64,000 nt of DNA from assembly GCF_018977255.1 (NCBI RefSeq), contig NW_024704743.1, forward strand, positions 38,380,001-38,444,000. Direction: 5' to 3'. Shown here piece after piece: positions 27,516-40,811 of this stretch (position 1 is its first letter; every line of letters starts with the position of its first letter). The stretch comes from Callorhinchus milii (lineage: Eukaryota). The translations under genes were made by a program, and so were the position numbers. The notes beneath the pieces are model-generated. The model ran no database searches. It was not told the DNA's origin and saw nothing but the letters and a program-made list of their open reading frames with translations.

Positions 27516-27932
27516 GAGCAGGGAGAGAGTGAGGCAGAGGGGACAGCAGTGGAGGGGAGGGGGCATGGAGGGGAGAGCAGTGCAGTGGAGGGGAGTGCAG
27601 TGGAGGGGAATGAGGGGAGTGCAGTGGAGGGGAATGGAGGGCAGGGAGGGAGTGCAGTGGAGGGGCAGTGGAGGGGAGGCAGGGGAGGGGAGTGCAGTGG
27701 AGGGGAGTGGAGGGCAGTGGAGTGGAGTGGAGGGGAGTGGAGGGGAGTGCAATGGAGGGGAGTGGAGTGGAGGGGAGTGCAATGGAGTGGAGTGGAGTGG
27801 AGGGGAGTGCAATGGAGGGGAGGGGAGGGAGTGGAGGGCAGTGCAGTGGAGTGGAGGGGAGTAGAGTGGAGGGAGTGCAATGGAGTGGAGGGGAGTGGAG
27901 GGTAGTGCAGTGGAGGGGAGGGAGGGAGGGGT
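27516..27932 (-). repeat. Reverse complement of the 15990-16550 minisatellite (also at 31903-32318; plus-strand partial copy at 36140-36322)
   Basis: GGAGGGGAGTGCAGT-type units. Confidence 0.93.
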
Positions 27933-28006
27933 TGGGAAACTCACCCCCCACTGCACGGAAGCTCGCGGGCAGCTCGGCCGCTTGTACAAGTGAAGCGGGT
28001 CCTTAC

Positions 28007-28052
28007 CTGAGAGGACAGAGCTCAGGTTGTGGGTGGCGACTGCAGTCCCCAT
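28007..28052 (-). CDS. OTULINL: Putative OTULINL first coding exon in inverted orientation (copy 1)
   Basis: The minus strand reads gatATGGGGACTGCAGTCGCCACCCACAACCTGAGCTCTGTCCTCTCAG|gtaagg (MGTAVATHNLSSVLS plus G). The context is CpG-rich, and the phase-1 donor matches the phase-1 acceptor of exon 2. Confidence 0.5.
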
Positions 28053-28072
28053 ATCATTTCATATCACCCCCG

Positions 28073-28465
28073 GCCCTGCCCTGCCTGGCGCTGCCCGGCC
28101 CTGCCCTGCCCTGCCCTCCTGCCCAGCCCAGCCCTGCCCTGCCCTCCTGCCCTGCCCTCCTGCCCAGCCCAGCCCTGCCTGGCCCTGCCCTGCCCTCCTG
28201 CCCTCCTGCCCTGCCCGGCCCTCCTGCCCTGCCCGGCCCTGCCTGGCCCTGCCCTGCCCTGCCCTCCTGCCCTGCCCGGCCCTGCCTGGCCCTGCCCTGC
28301 CCTGCCCTCCTGCCCTGCCCTCCTGCCCTGCCCTGCCCTCCTGCCCTGCCTGGCCCTGCTCTGCCCTCCTGCCCTGCCTGGCCCTGCCCTGCCCTCCTGC
28401 CCTGCCTGCCCTGCCCTGCCCTCCTGCCTGCCTGCCCTGCCCTGCCCTCCTGCCCTGCGGCCCGG
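28073..28465 (+). repeat. (CCCTG)n/(CCTG)n GC-rich tandem repeat (shorter copy at 32455-32650)
   Basis: Directly visible. Confidence 0.95.
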
Positions 28466-28499
28466 CTCACTGTCTGAGCGGCTCTCACTGACTACGCAC

Positions 28500-28620
28500 C
28501 ATGCCGTACACCAGCCCCTGCCGTACAGCCAGCCCCTGCCGTACAGCCGCCCGAAGGGTCCCACCCGCCGACAGCACCCCGCCGTACAGCCAGCCCCGCC
28601 GTACAGCCAGCCCCCGAGAG
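28500..28620 (+). repeat. 18-bp tandem repeat CAGCCAGCCCCTGCCGTA (longer copy at 32685-32845)
   Basis: Directly visible head-to-tail units without unique spacers. Confidence 0.9.
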
Positions 28621-28907
28621 GCTCAGCTCAAGATTGACAGCTCAGCAAAGGGCTGAGAGCACAGGGTGTGCAGTCCACACACAGCACACACACACACGCA
28701 CAGGGAAGCCAGTCTTATTTCAAACTGGAAAATATGGCAGCAGGTCAACAAAGTGTGTTGCATTCAGCTGACTCAGGGCTCTACATTTACTCAGGAGAGA
28801 GCCACTTCAAAAGGCTGCAGCAAAGTTTCGTTTTGGCAAAGTTATATTTTCCCAAACATTGTGCCTGGCAGGCGCTGGTTAGCTGAGCATGTTTCTGCAA
28901 AATGTTT

Positions 28908-29430
28908 GAACAACAACAACAACAAAGTGACATGTATAGAGCGCCTTTCACGTCGGGAGGACGTCCCAAAGCGCTGAACAGTCGGGTGTCGGGCCCGAGC
29001 AGTGGGGGAGGTGGTGTAGGGATGAGGGAAGGCAGAGGGATGGTGGGGGGGAGACCAAAGGCACGGTCGAAGATAAGGGTCTTGAGACCGGCCTTGAAGC
29101 AGGCAAGGGAGGGAGCGAGGTGAAGGGATCGTGGGATGGAGTTCCAGAGTGTGGGGGCAGAGAGGCTGAAAGCCCGTCCACTGATGGTAGGACGGGTCGG
29201 GCGGGAGACATGGAGTAGACCGGAGCCCGATGAACGGAGGGAGCGGGCAGGTTGGTAGGGAGTCAGCAGGTCAGAGAGTAGGAGGGGGCAAGGTGAGGAC
29301 GAGGATCTTGAACTCGATCCTCTGGGGGATGGGGAGCCAGTGGAGTCGGGCGAGGGTGGGAGTGTTGGGGTCACGGAGCCTGGTCCATGAGAGTACACGA
29401 GCTGCAGAGTTTGGGATGATCTGCAGCTTG
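28908..29430 (-). mobile_element. L2 LINE 3' fragment (duplicated at about 33135-33660)
   Basis: Minus-strand KLQIIPNSAARVL..TPTLARLHWLPIPQRIEFKIL and RAFSLSAPTLWNSIP; (CAA)n tail. Confidence 0.85.
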
Positions 29431-29949
29431 TGAACTTTTTTTGTAATAAAAGTACCCTCTACCCAGAAGTATGTAATATAATAATCCATGCATTTGAAAT
29501 TGTGCTTTTAAGGTCAGGAGACATCTCAAAAGCACTTCACAGAATTTTTTGTTAAGTGCAGTGACTGCAGGCAAATACAGCAACCAGTTTGCACAAAGCA
29601 ATGTCTCACAAACAGCAATAAAGTGAATGAACAATTTTATTTGTGGATTGCTGACCAGGACACTGGGAGAAATTATGTTCTCTTCTAGAATAGTGCAATT
29701 GGATCTTCAATATCACATCTGAAGGACAGCATCTCCAACAATGCAATACAGCACTGTATTTGAATGTCAGCCTACCGTAGACTATATGAATTCAAAGTCC
29801 CAACTTGGGGTTTGAACCCACCACCTTCTGACTCAAAAGCAAGAGGACTATCAACTGACTCAGGCTGACAAACAGGCACAATCAATTGGGATGTTTAAAG
29901 GGAAGATGATTTAAAAGTTATTCAACAATTCTTCGAAGTAAGGGTAAAA

Positions 29950-30590
29950 AGGAAGTTCTTGAGAAAAACATTGAAGGAGGCAAAGAAAGGAATGAGGTGA
30001 AGAGAATTCCAGACAGCGGGGGTAGAAAAGACTGATGGCCCGACCGCCGATGGGACGGGCAGGTCGGGAGACATGAAGCAGACCAGTGTCTGCTGAGTGC
30101 AGGTAGTGGATGGGTTAATAGGGTTTTAGAAGATAGAGTGGGGCAAGATTGTGGATGGATTTATAAGTAAGGACAAGGATCTTGAGCTAGATCTGGGGGA
30201 TTGGTAGCCAGTCAAGCCCGGCTAGGATGGGGTGATAGGCTCAAGTAACCTTTTGCGGGAGAGGACATGAGCTGCAAAGTTATGAATGGACTGTAGCTTG
30301 TGGGGGGAATCGTTGGGAAGTCTGATGACCAGAGTTGGCATAGTCGAGCCTAAACATGATAAAAGCACGGATAAGGGTCTTGGCGGACCAGGAAGAGTTA
30401 GTAAAGGAAGTGGGTGATGTTGGGGAAATGGGGGAAGGTTCAACGGGTCAAGGCATGGATGTGGGGTTCAAAGGACAGTTGAGAGTCAAACAAGACATTG
30501 AGGTTCCACATTGGTTCTGTGGAGGATGTATATCCATGTTGATCGCTGCTGACAGAACCTGAGGTGATAAAGCGCTAACGGGAGCCAAGC
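29950..30590 (-). mobile_element. Degenerate L2 fragment (duplicated at about 34180-34825)
   Basis: Minus-strand HKLQSIHNFAAHVLSR..EPITPILAGLDWLPIPQ, similar to L2 ORF2. Confidence 0.75.
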
Positions 30591-32391
30591 AGGAGAGAAA
30601 ACATGCAGAGCAATCCTGTTTTAATAAGCATCTTTATAGTTCATGTCACAAACTCTGTCCCCTGGGTGTGGATGAGTTCTACACAACTGTCTTGCTCAGC
30701 TTGGGCACCTGTGCAGACAATATTAAGCGCTTTGAGATGTCTCGAAGACATGATAGATGCTATATCAAATGCAAGGATTATTTTATTAACACTACAGGAT
30801 TGAGTACTTTCTTACAGAGGAAGTCACAGTTATAGTACAATTCCAAGGCTGTTATAATTATGGAAACTGAGTCAGTTGGTGGTTTTCCACTGGATTTTTA
30901 ATTAACAGAGTCCACAGATAATCACCGAGATAATAGATTTTACAGAGTGTCTTTGATACAGAAGCTTGAACAACATTGCTCTGAGCAGGCAGATAGTTGA
31001 CTTGTGTGGTTGTTAATTGGTGTTTGCTGTGTCATTGAAACCAGCACCATGATTTCTCCTTTGAAACTCCTAACAATCTTCAATGACACCCCATGCTAAC
31101 TTGTCTCAATGAAAAGAAAAATGACTTTTTATACAGTGCGTATTTGGTTACAGTTGCATTGTGGATCCAATTCATTTCACATACATGCAGCCGGCCTTGG
31201 CCACTTCCCACCTGCTGCCTAGCTTTCGTGTTAAAATGGCTGACTGCTGGATCATCAGGTCACCGTCAATGTCACCTCCTGCTTTGTGTGTGCACGGCAA
31301 ACAGGAGTGATTTTTCACAAGGACCTGATGACCTGGAAGTCAGACACTCTCCTTTTAGAATAAGAGTCAGGCAGCATTCCTCACGAGCTGACTGGGTGCA
31401 TGGACAGTGAAGCCAGCTTACCCACATCTTCATAGCACTAATTGGGATTTTATGGATCTCAAAAAATCACATTACAACAGGGCTCCAAGAATATAAAGAA
31501 TATAGGCTTGCAAAAGCTCTGTACCAATCTGCAGTGCAAACATTCCTGTGTCTAATGTGGGGCTCTAATACTGAGAGATACCAGTGCCACCACTGGAGCA
31601 TTAATCTTTTGTTCATCAGTCAGCAGTAGCCCAACCTTAGAATTTTAAAAGTAACAATTTTCAACTAGTTTGTTTCTGAGAAGCGTGTGTTATAATTAGC
31701 TGGCAGGCTGTTAAGACATCAAGCCTGAGCCAAAACCCAGTTTGACCTGATTTTCCATTGCACGAGGGACCAGGTCTGTCCAAAACTCCTCAATCACATT
31801 TGGTCAATGATTAATGTGTAGAGATAATGACACAATCAATTGACAGTCGGTAGGATGTGTAGCTGGCGACAGAAAAAGATCTGAGTTTTATTTTTCTTAG
31901 AGGAGCAGGGAGAGGAGTAGAGGCAGAGGGAGGGAGGGCAGGGGAGAGCAGTGCAGTGGAGGGGAGTGCAGTGGAGGGGAATGGAGGGGAGTGCAGTGGA
32001 GGGGAATGGAGGGTAGGGGAGGGGAGTGCAGTGGAGGGCAGTGGAGGGGAGGGCAGGGGAGGGCAGTGCAGTGGAGGGGAGTGGAGGGCAGTGGAGGGGA
32101 GTGGAGGGCAGTGCAGTGGAGTGGAGGGGAGTAGAGTGGAGGGGAGTGCACTGGAGTGGAGGGGAGTGGAGGGTAGTGCAGTGGAGGGAGGGAGGGTAGT
32201 GGAGGGCAGTGCAGTGGAGTGGAGGGGAGTAGAGTGGAGGGGAGTAGAGTGGAGGGGAGTGCAATGGAGTGGAGGGGAGTGGAGGGTAGTGCAGTGGAGG
32301 GGAGGGGAGGGAGGGGTTGGGAAACTCACCCCCCACTGCACGGAAGCTCGCGGGCAGCTCGGCCGCTTGTACAAGTGAAGCGGGTCCTTAC

Positions 32392-32437
32392 CTGAGAGGA
32401 CAGAGCTCAGGTTGTGGGTGGCGACTGCAGTCCCCAT
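32392..32437 (-). CDS. OTULINL: Putative OTULINL first coding exon in inverted orientation (copy 2)
   Basis: Identical to 28007-28052, within duplicate block B2. Confidence 0.5.
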
Positions 32438-35400
32438 ATCATTTCATATCACCCCCGGCCCTGCCCTGCCCGGCCCTGCCCTGCCCTCCTGCCCTGCCCT
32501 GCCCTCCTGCCCCTGCCCTGCCCTCCTGCCCTCCTGCCCTGCCCGGCCCTCCTGCCCTGCCCGGCCCTGCCCTGCCTGGCCCTGCCCGGCCCTGCCCTGC
32601 CCTCCTGCCCTGCCTGGCCCTGCCCTGCCCTCCTGCCCTGCCCGGCCCGGCTCACTGTCTGAGCGGCTCTCACTGACTGACAGCACCCAGCCCTGCCGTA
32701 CAGCCAGCCCCTGCCGTACAGCCAGCCCCCGCCGTACAGCCAGCCCCTGCCGTACAGCCAGCCCCCCGAGAGGCGCCTCCCAGCCCCTGCCGTACAGCCA
32801 GCCCCCGCCGTACAGCCAGCCCCTGCCGTACAGCCAGCCCCCGAGAGGCTCAGCTCAAGATTGACAGCTCAGCAAAGGGCTGAGAGCACAGGGTGTGCAG
32901 TCACACACACACACAGTCACACACGCACAGGGAAGCCAGTCTTATTTCAAACTGGAAAATATGGCAGCAGGTCAACAAAGTGTGTTGCATTCAGCTGACT
33001 CAGGGCTCTACATTTACTCAGGAGAGAGCCACTTCAAAAGGCTGCAGCAAAGTTTCGTTTTGGCAAAGTTATATTTTCCCAAACATTGTGCCTGGCAGGC
33101 GCTGGTTAGCTGAGCATGTTTCTGCAAAATGTTTGAACAACAACAACAACAAAGTGACATGTATAGAGCGCCTTTCACGTCGGGAGGACGTCCCAAAGCG
33201 CTGAACAGTCGGGTGTCGGGGCCCGAGCGTGGGGGAGGGGTGGTGTAGGGATGAGGGAAGGCAGAGGGATGGTGGGGGGGAGACCAAAGGCACGGTCGAA
33301 GATAAGGGTCTTGAGACCGGCCTTGAAGCAGGCAAGGGAGGGAGCGAGTGAAGGATCGTGGGATGGAGTTCCAGAGTGTGGGGGCAGAGAGGCTGAAAGC
33401 CCGTCCACTGATGGTAGGACGGGTCGGGCGGGAGACATGGAGTAGACCGGAGCCCGATGAACGGAGGGAGCGGGCAGGTTGGTAGGGAGTCAGCAGTCAG
33501 AGAGTAGGAGGGGGCAAGGTGAGGACGAGGATCTTGAAACTCGATCCTCTGGGGGATGGGGAGCCAGTGGAGTCGGGCGAGGGTGGGAGTGTTGGGGTCA
33601 CGGAGCCTGGTCCATGAGAGTACACGAGCTGCAGAGTTTGGGATGATCTGCAGCTTGTGAACTTTTTTTGTAATAAAAGTACCCTCTACCCAGAAGTATG
33701 TAATAATAATAATCCATGCATTTGAAATTGTGCTTTTAAGGTCAGGAGGACATCTCAAAAGCACTTCACAGAATTTTTTGTTAAGTGCAGTGACTGCAGG
33801 CAAATACAGCAACCAGTTTGCACAAAGCAATGTCTCACAAACAGCAATAAAGTGAATGAACAATTTTATTTGTGGATTGCTGACCAGGACACTGGGAGAA
33901 ATTATGTTCTCTTCTAGAATAGTGCAATTGGATCTTCAATATCACATCTGAAGGACAGCATCTCCAACAATGCAATACAGCACTGTATTTGAATGTCAGC
34001 CTACCGTAGACTATATGAATTCAAAGTCCCAACTTGGGGTTTGAACCCACCACCTTCTGACTCAAAAGCAAGAGGACTATCAACTGACTCAGGCTGACAA
34101 ACAGGCACAATCAATTGGGATGTTTAAAGGGAAGATGATTTAAAAGTTATTCAACAATTCTTGGAAGTAAGGGTAAAAAGGAAGTTCTTGAGAAAAACAT
34201 TGAAGGAGGCAAAGAAAGGAATGAGGTGAAGAGAATTCCAGACAGCGGGGGTAGAAAAGACTGATGGCCCGACCGCCGATGGACGGGCAGGTCGGGAGAC
34301 ATGAAGCAGACCAGTGTCTGCTGAGTGCAGGTAGTGGATGGGTTAATAGGGTTTTAGAAGATAGAGTGGGGCAAGATTGTGGATGGATTTATAAGTAAGG
34401 ACAAGGATCTTGAGCTAGATCTGGGGGATTGGTAGCCAGTCAAGCCCGGCTAGGATGGGGGTGATAGGCTCAAGTAACCTTTTGCGGGAGAGGACATGAG
34501 CTGCAAAGTTATGAATGGACTGTAGCTTGTGGGGGGAATCGTTGGGAAGTCTGATGACCAGAGTTGGCATAGTCGAGCCTAAACATGATAAAAGCACGGA
34601 TAAGGGTCTTGGCGGACCAGGAAGAGTTAGTAAAGGAAGTGGGTGATGTTGGGGAAATGGGGGAAGGTTCAACGGGTCAAGGCATGGATGTGGGGTTCAA
34701 AGGACAGTTGAGAGTCAAACAAGACATTGAGGTTCCACATTGGTTCTGTGAGGTGGAGTGTATATCCATGTTGATCGCTGCTGACAGAACCTGAGGTGAT
34801 AAAGCGCTAACGGGAGCCAAGCAGGAGAGAAAACATGCAGAGCAATCCTGTTTTAATAAGCATCTTTATAGTTCATGTCACAAACTCTGTCCCCTGGGTG
34901 TGGATGAGTTCTACACAACTGTCTTGCTCAGCTTGGGCACCTGTGCAGACAATATTAAGCGCTTTGAGATGTCTCGAAGACATGATAGATGCTATATCAA
35001 ATGCAAGGATTATTATTTTATTAACACTACAGGATTGAGTACTTTCTTACAGAGAAGTCACAGTTATAGTACAATTCCAAGGCTGTTATAATTATGGAAA
35101 CTGAGTCAGTTGGTGGTTTTCCACTGGATTTTTAATTAACAGAGTCCACAGATAATCACCGAGATAATAGATTTTACAGAGTGTCTTTGATACAGAAGCT
35201 TGAACAACATTGCTCTGAGCAGGCAGATAGTTGACTTGTGTGGTTGTTAATTGGTGTTTGCTGTGTCATTGAAACCAGCACCATGATTTCTCCTTTGAAA
35301 CTCCTAACAATTCTTCAATGACACCCCATGCTAACTTGTCTCAATGAAAAGAAAAATGACTTTTTATACAGTGCGTATTTGGTTACAGTTGCATTGTGGA

Positions 35401-38400
35401 TCCAATTCATTTCACATACATGCAGCCGGCCTTGGCCACTTCCCACCTGCTGCCTAGCTTTCGTGTTAAAATGGCTGACTGCTGGATCATCAGGTCACCG
35501 TCAATGTCACCTCCTGCTTTGTGTGTGCACGGCAAACAGGAGTGATTTTTCACAAGGACCTGATGACCTGGAAGTCAGACACTCTCCTTTTAGAAGTAAG
35601 AGTAGCAGCTTCCTCAGCGAGCTGACTGGGTGCATGGACAGTGAAGCCAGCTTACCCACATCTTCATAGCACTAATTGGGATTTTATGGATCTCAAAAAA
35701 TCACATTACAACAGGGCTCCAAGAATATAAAAGAATATAGGCTTGCAAAAGCTCTGTACCAATCTGCAGTGCAAACATTCCTGTGTCTAATGTGGGGCTC
35801 TAATACTGAGAGATACCAGTGCCACCACTGGAGCATTAATCTTTTGTTCATCAGTCAGCAGTAGCCCAACCTTAGAATTTTAAAAGTAACAATTTTCAAC
35901 TAGTTTGTTTCTGAGAAGCGTGTGTTATAATTAGCTGGCAGGCTGTTAAGACATCAAGCCTGAGCCAAAACCCAGTCTTGACCTGATTTTCCATTGCACG
36001 AGGGACCAGGTCTGTCCAAAACTCCTCAATCACATTTGGTTCAATGATTAATGTGTAGAGATAATGACACAATCAATTGACAGTCGGTAGGATGTGTAGC
36101 TGGCGACAGAAAAAGATCTGAGTTTTATTTTTCTTAGAGCCCCTCCCTCTGCCCTCCACTCCTCTCCCCTGCTCCCCTCCCCTCTGCCCTCACTCCTCCC
36201 CCCTCCCCTGCCCTGCCCTGCCCTCCCTCCCCTCTGCCCTCCACTCCTCTCCCCTGCCCTCCCCTCCCCTCTGCCCTCCACTCCTCTCCCCTGCCCTCCC
36301 CTCCCCTCTGCCCTCCACTCCACTCGTGTCTGTGCGAAGGAGGTGCTTTAATTGTAACCCCGTCTCTTCCTGGACTTAGGAGCTTTCTTGGTTGTAGTTT
36401 TTTTGGGGGAGGGGAGGGAAATGCATCCTTTTCCTTGGGAGGTTTCTCTAACCGCCCCCCACTGAGTGTCCCAGGGCTGGAGGTGTGGGGTGTGCAGTGG
36501 ATGTTTGGATGGTATCAGCTGTCAGCTATACATTGTATCTGAGGACAAGGGAATAAGGGAATAACAACAGTTTCTTAGATACATTGTGTTCAGGGAACCT
36601 CACCGAAACTTTTCTTTTTTTAACATGTCTTCACTCTTTTTGTTTCTGCTTTTGATGGTTGCACAGGAAATAACTTGTATAATTTGAGAGCCTTGTCGTT
36701 GTTGTTGAAATTCTCAAGTGTTTCACGACCACATCAACCGAATAATTCTTGCATGTGATATTAGCACCTTTCGTGTCATTGAAACGTTTTAAAGTGTCTC
36801 ATTTTTTAAAAAAAACTGTAAAGTGCAGTAATTATTTTGCAGGTGAAATTGTGGCAGCTAATGTGTGCACAACATTGTCCCACAATCAGCCATAAAGTGA
36901 CTGACCAATTTTTTCCAGGGAGATTGTTGACCAGGACGAGAGAGAAACTTCTTTCACTTATTGAATACTGCAATGGGATCTTCAAAGTCTACCTGAATAG
37001 GCAGACAGGACCACCCAGGTCCCAGCATAGGCTAACCCAATGCTACCCCACATCCTCAATGTCTGTTTATTTCTAAATTCTTTCTATTTTTAATTTTACC
37101 TTACAGTCATTCCTTCAATACCAAACACCATCCCTTGTCAAGTTGCTAAATAGGTGGCCTATTACTCTTATCATGTTTAAAAGAGAGACAGGATGTTTAC
37201 TGAACTCCACACCCTTATCACCCCAGGTTCCAGAATGGATCGATTTCACAAGTCTCACACTCATTTGCAAATCACTTCATACTCTGACACGTCTCTGCCT
37301 CTCCGACCTGCTCCTCTATCCCCGGTGGAACAAGCTCCATAGGCTAAATAATCTCTTCCTGTTCTGGTTTTCTTATATTCTTATCAATTCCATGGACAGG
37401 TGGGGGGAGGAAGGAGAGAGAAATTTGCTTTTCAAAAATCTACTTCAACTTATTGGTTTAATTTTGTACTGATTTTATATCTGAACGGGAAGCAAATTAC
37501 TCCCATTGGGTAACTGGTGTCATACATCTTTCTTAACTATATTATAATAGTTCTTGCATTTGGTATAGTGTCTTTTACGGCCGGAGGATGCCTCGAAGTG
37601 CTTCACAGGATATGCTGTAAAGTGGAGTGGCTGTTTTGTGGGTAAATTATAGTGGATGTCAAATAGAATCATAGAATTATACAGCACACTCAGGAGGCCA
37701 GTCGGTCGGCCCATGGTGTCTGTGCCGGTTCTTTGAAAAGAGCTGGCAAATGGGGGAAGTAGTGAAAATTAGCCTTTTGAGGAGGAGATTATTCAAGTGC
37801 TGCATATATTGTAAATAAATTATGCTCATAAACCGTCATCAAAGCTCTTTGGCCGATATCTTTGCACTCCTGTGTAAAAATGCAGGTGTGCCTTACTGTT
37901 TCACTATTAACGTTGGAGTAAGTCTGGAATACGATGTCCTCCCTACTTCTGTGACCTGCTTACCCTATACCATCCTGTCTGCTCTCTCCACTCGATAGGC
38001 TCCCTCCACTCGTTGGGCTTCAGCCTGCTCCATCTCTACCACTTTGCCCACCATCAGCGGTCAGGCCTTCAGCCATTCTGCTCCGACCCTTTGGAAATCC
38101 ATCCCAAGGTCGCCTCGCCTCCTTCAAGGCCCAGCTCAAAACCTTCCTCTTCAACCGCGCTTTGGTCTCTCTCCCTCCCTGTCCTCCATCCCTCCTGATC
38201 CCAACCCCCAGTATGGGTCCAAATCCTTGATTGTCCAGCGCCTTGGGACGTCATCCCAACATGAAAGACGCTATACAAATGTAATTTGTATGTGTTGTTC
38301 TGTGTCAGTTTTGCATCTGATGAGAATCAAACATTGTCCACTTCTCATAATCTCCTTCCGCTGGCATCTCACAGTGAAACAGCTGTCAACCCACACCCAC

Positions 38401-40493
38401 TGAGAACTGGAATGACACTGAACCACTGAGCCAAAACAGATTCAGCAGTGGCTTATATCCTTATTTCTGTTTTAATCTTATTGGGTTGTCTGTAGACATA
38501 TCACATTTGAACCTGTTCTTTCACAACAGAAGATGAGGACTATTTACACCATTGATTATTCAGCACAGTTAAGAGTGAACTGTAGTATGCTTTGTTGATT
38601 TTATTAACTGCTGTAAAGTTTGCTGTTGTGGTTACCAGCTGATCCATTCTAACTACACCTCTGACTGCCATCTGTTCTGCTTATGAATGTTATTTTCGAA
38701 TTATCTGCTGAGTGTCATGGCACCCTTTTTGGCGATGCTGTTTTTGTTGAGCAATTTCCTCTGGCATGAATTTTATCCATAGACACTGAAGGATGCTTCA
38801 TGCAAAGGAAGCTGTTGTAAATTATAAATTGCTTACAGCCAGGAATGGCGCAGTGAATTGTATAAATATGGGTTGCAAAGAGTTAAGAGACGAAACCTTA
38901 TTCTCTTTCCTTCCCCACCCCCCACTCCACTAATATTCGGATCTCAGCTGCTCTGCTATGAGGAGGGATCAAACTTAAGAGGGAATCATCACTAGGCTTC
39001 TGTCATGAATCTTTTGAGTGTCTATCTATATTGTTTGGGAAGCAAATTGACTGAGGAAGTGTGTGGTCATGTTATGCCTGAATAATTTGTTTTTGGGGAA
39101 GGAAGAGCTTTCTCTGCTCTGCTCCAATCTCAGAAAATCGGAGACGAACACTGAACCATTTTTCACTGACTACCTTCAGGTGGATGATAACAAAACTATA
39201 GCACAGTCTGAACACTTAGGTGAGGTGCCAAAGAGCAACCACTACCCAGGAACCACACCCCAGTAAGAGCAGGTTAGATTAGTAGCACAGAAGTGTATGC
39301 TAGTTGGGAAGAAAAGATTAGAATGGTATAAACCCACTTGTAACTACTAAACTAGATTATAAAGTGTAACTACCGAATGTATATGATCAAAGACGGAAGG
39401 GAGTTGGTGAAAGGTTGCCTTTGGCTTCAGATGATCGTGAATCCTAGCTGGACAAGGAGCGGGACAGTTTGCAAGACAGCAATATCAATGACACACTATG
39501 CGTTTTTTGCTGGTTAGACTCCAGCAGTATCCCAACACCTACTCTGGGGTCTCTTGTTAGCCAGTAGATGAGAGAAAACAAATACAGTGTTGATAACCAC
39601 TTAGAGCTTTTCCCTGAAACAGGCATTTCCTGATATCTGTTTTTCCAAGATATAAATTTAGCGTGAGTTAGTGTTGTTCTGAGATGAACTCCTATTTGGT
39701 AGGTACATTTGCAGCTAGATGTTGCTCAATTAATCTTGATTCCTGTAACAATCTTGATTGTAGTAACAGTTTGTGAAGTCACTATTCTATCCCCATAAGT
39801 TGCTTGTTGATTTGGGTTGTGTTCAAGTGTAAGTTTGGTGCTTGAATGACGAACAATAAATACGTTACTCGATGATCAGTCATGGTGAAATTATATCTGA
39901 GAATTAGGAAGGAAATGGTTTAACGTGGCACAAATTGCCATTTCCTCCCTTTTCACAAAGCCCAAACAGAAGGAAGGCTGTTTACCATATCACAGCATGA
40001 AGCTGCTTTTTAAATTAGTCCAGTGTCCTGGCCTCAACCACCTTTCCTAGCAACCTGTTCAATTTGTTGATTACCCTCTAATAATAATAATCCTTGCATT
40101 TAATATAGCGCCTTAACACATCATCAAGATGTCTCAATATGCTTCACAGGATATGCTGTTAAGTCGTTTTGACTTGTGTTTATTGTGGGTGAAACGCAGT
40201 AGCAAGTTTGCGTACGCAATGTCCTACAAACAGCCATGGAATGAGTGACCAACTTTATTTGGGGATTTGTTGTCCAGGATAACGGGAAAAACACTCTTCT
40301 CTTTTTGGATAGTGCCATGGGATCTTTAACCTCCATCTCAACAGGTAGCCAGGACCTTGATTTAATATCATATAGCTTCGAACAGTCAACTTGGGCTTTC
40401 ACTTACTCAAAAAAAAGTCTATGAAATTGGTCAGACAAAACTTACTTTTTCTGAATCCATGTTGGCTGTATTCAACTAGGTAAGTGAAATCTG

Positions 40494-40811
40494 TGGAGTC
40501 CTGTAGCTCAGTGGTTAGAGCATTCGCTTTGCAAGTGAGAGACCTGAGTTCAATTCCTGGCAGGGCGAAACCTTGGGCAAGTTTCCTTACTCCACACAGA
40601 GCCTAATAATAATCCCTCCAAAAAATAACAAAAAAAAAATTGGTCATTTTCAATCCATGACTGTTTGTGGGACATTGCTGTGCACAATTGGCTGTCGCGT
40701 TCGCCCACAAATATACAGTCAATTCACTTTACAGTATATTCTGTGAAGCGCTTTGGGACGTCTAGAAGACGTGAAAAGCGCTTTATCAAATGCAAGGATT
40801 ATTATTATTAT
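40494..40811 (+). mobile_element. Full-length SINE (same site as 20697 in the duplicate block)
   Basis: Same family and same flanks as 20697-21013. Confidence 0.9.

Larger units (their letters stand above)
27516..36139 (+). repeat. Tandem duplicate blocks B1 (27516-31902) and B2 (31903-36139), about 4.3 kb each
   Basis: Both start gagcagggagag and end aaaagatctgagttttatttttcttagag. Confidence 0.95.

Noticed and set aside
32685..32845. 18-bp repeats superficially like a CRISPR array
   Set aside because: Head-to-tail units with no unique spacers, no cas genes and a eukaryotic context.
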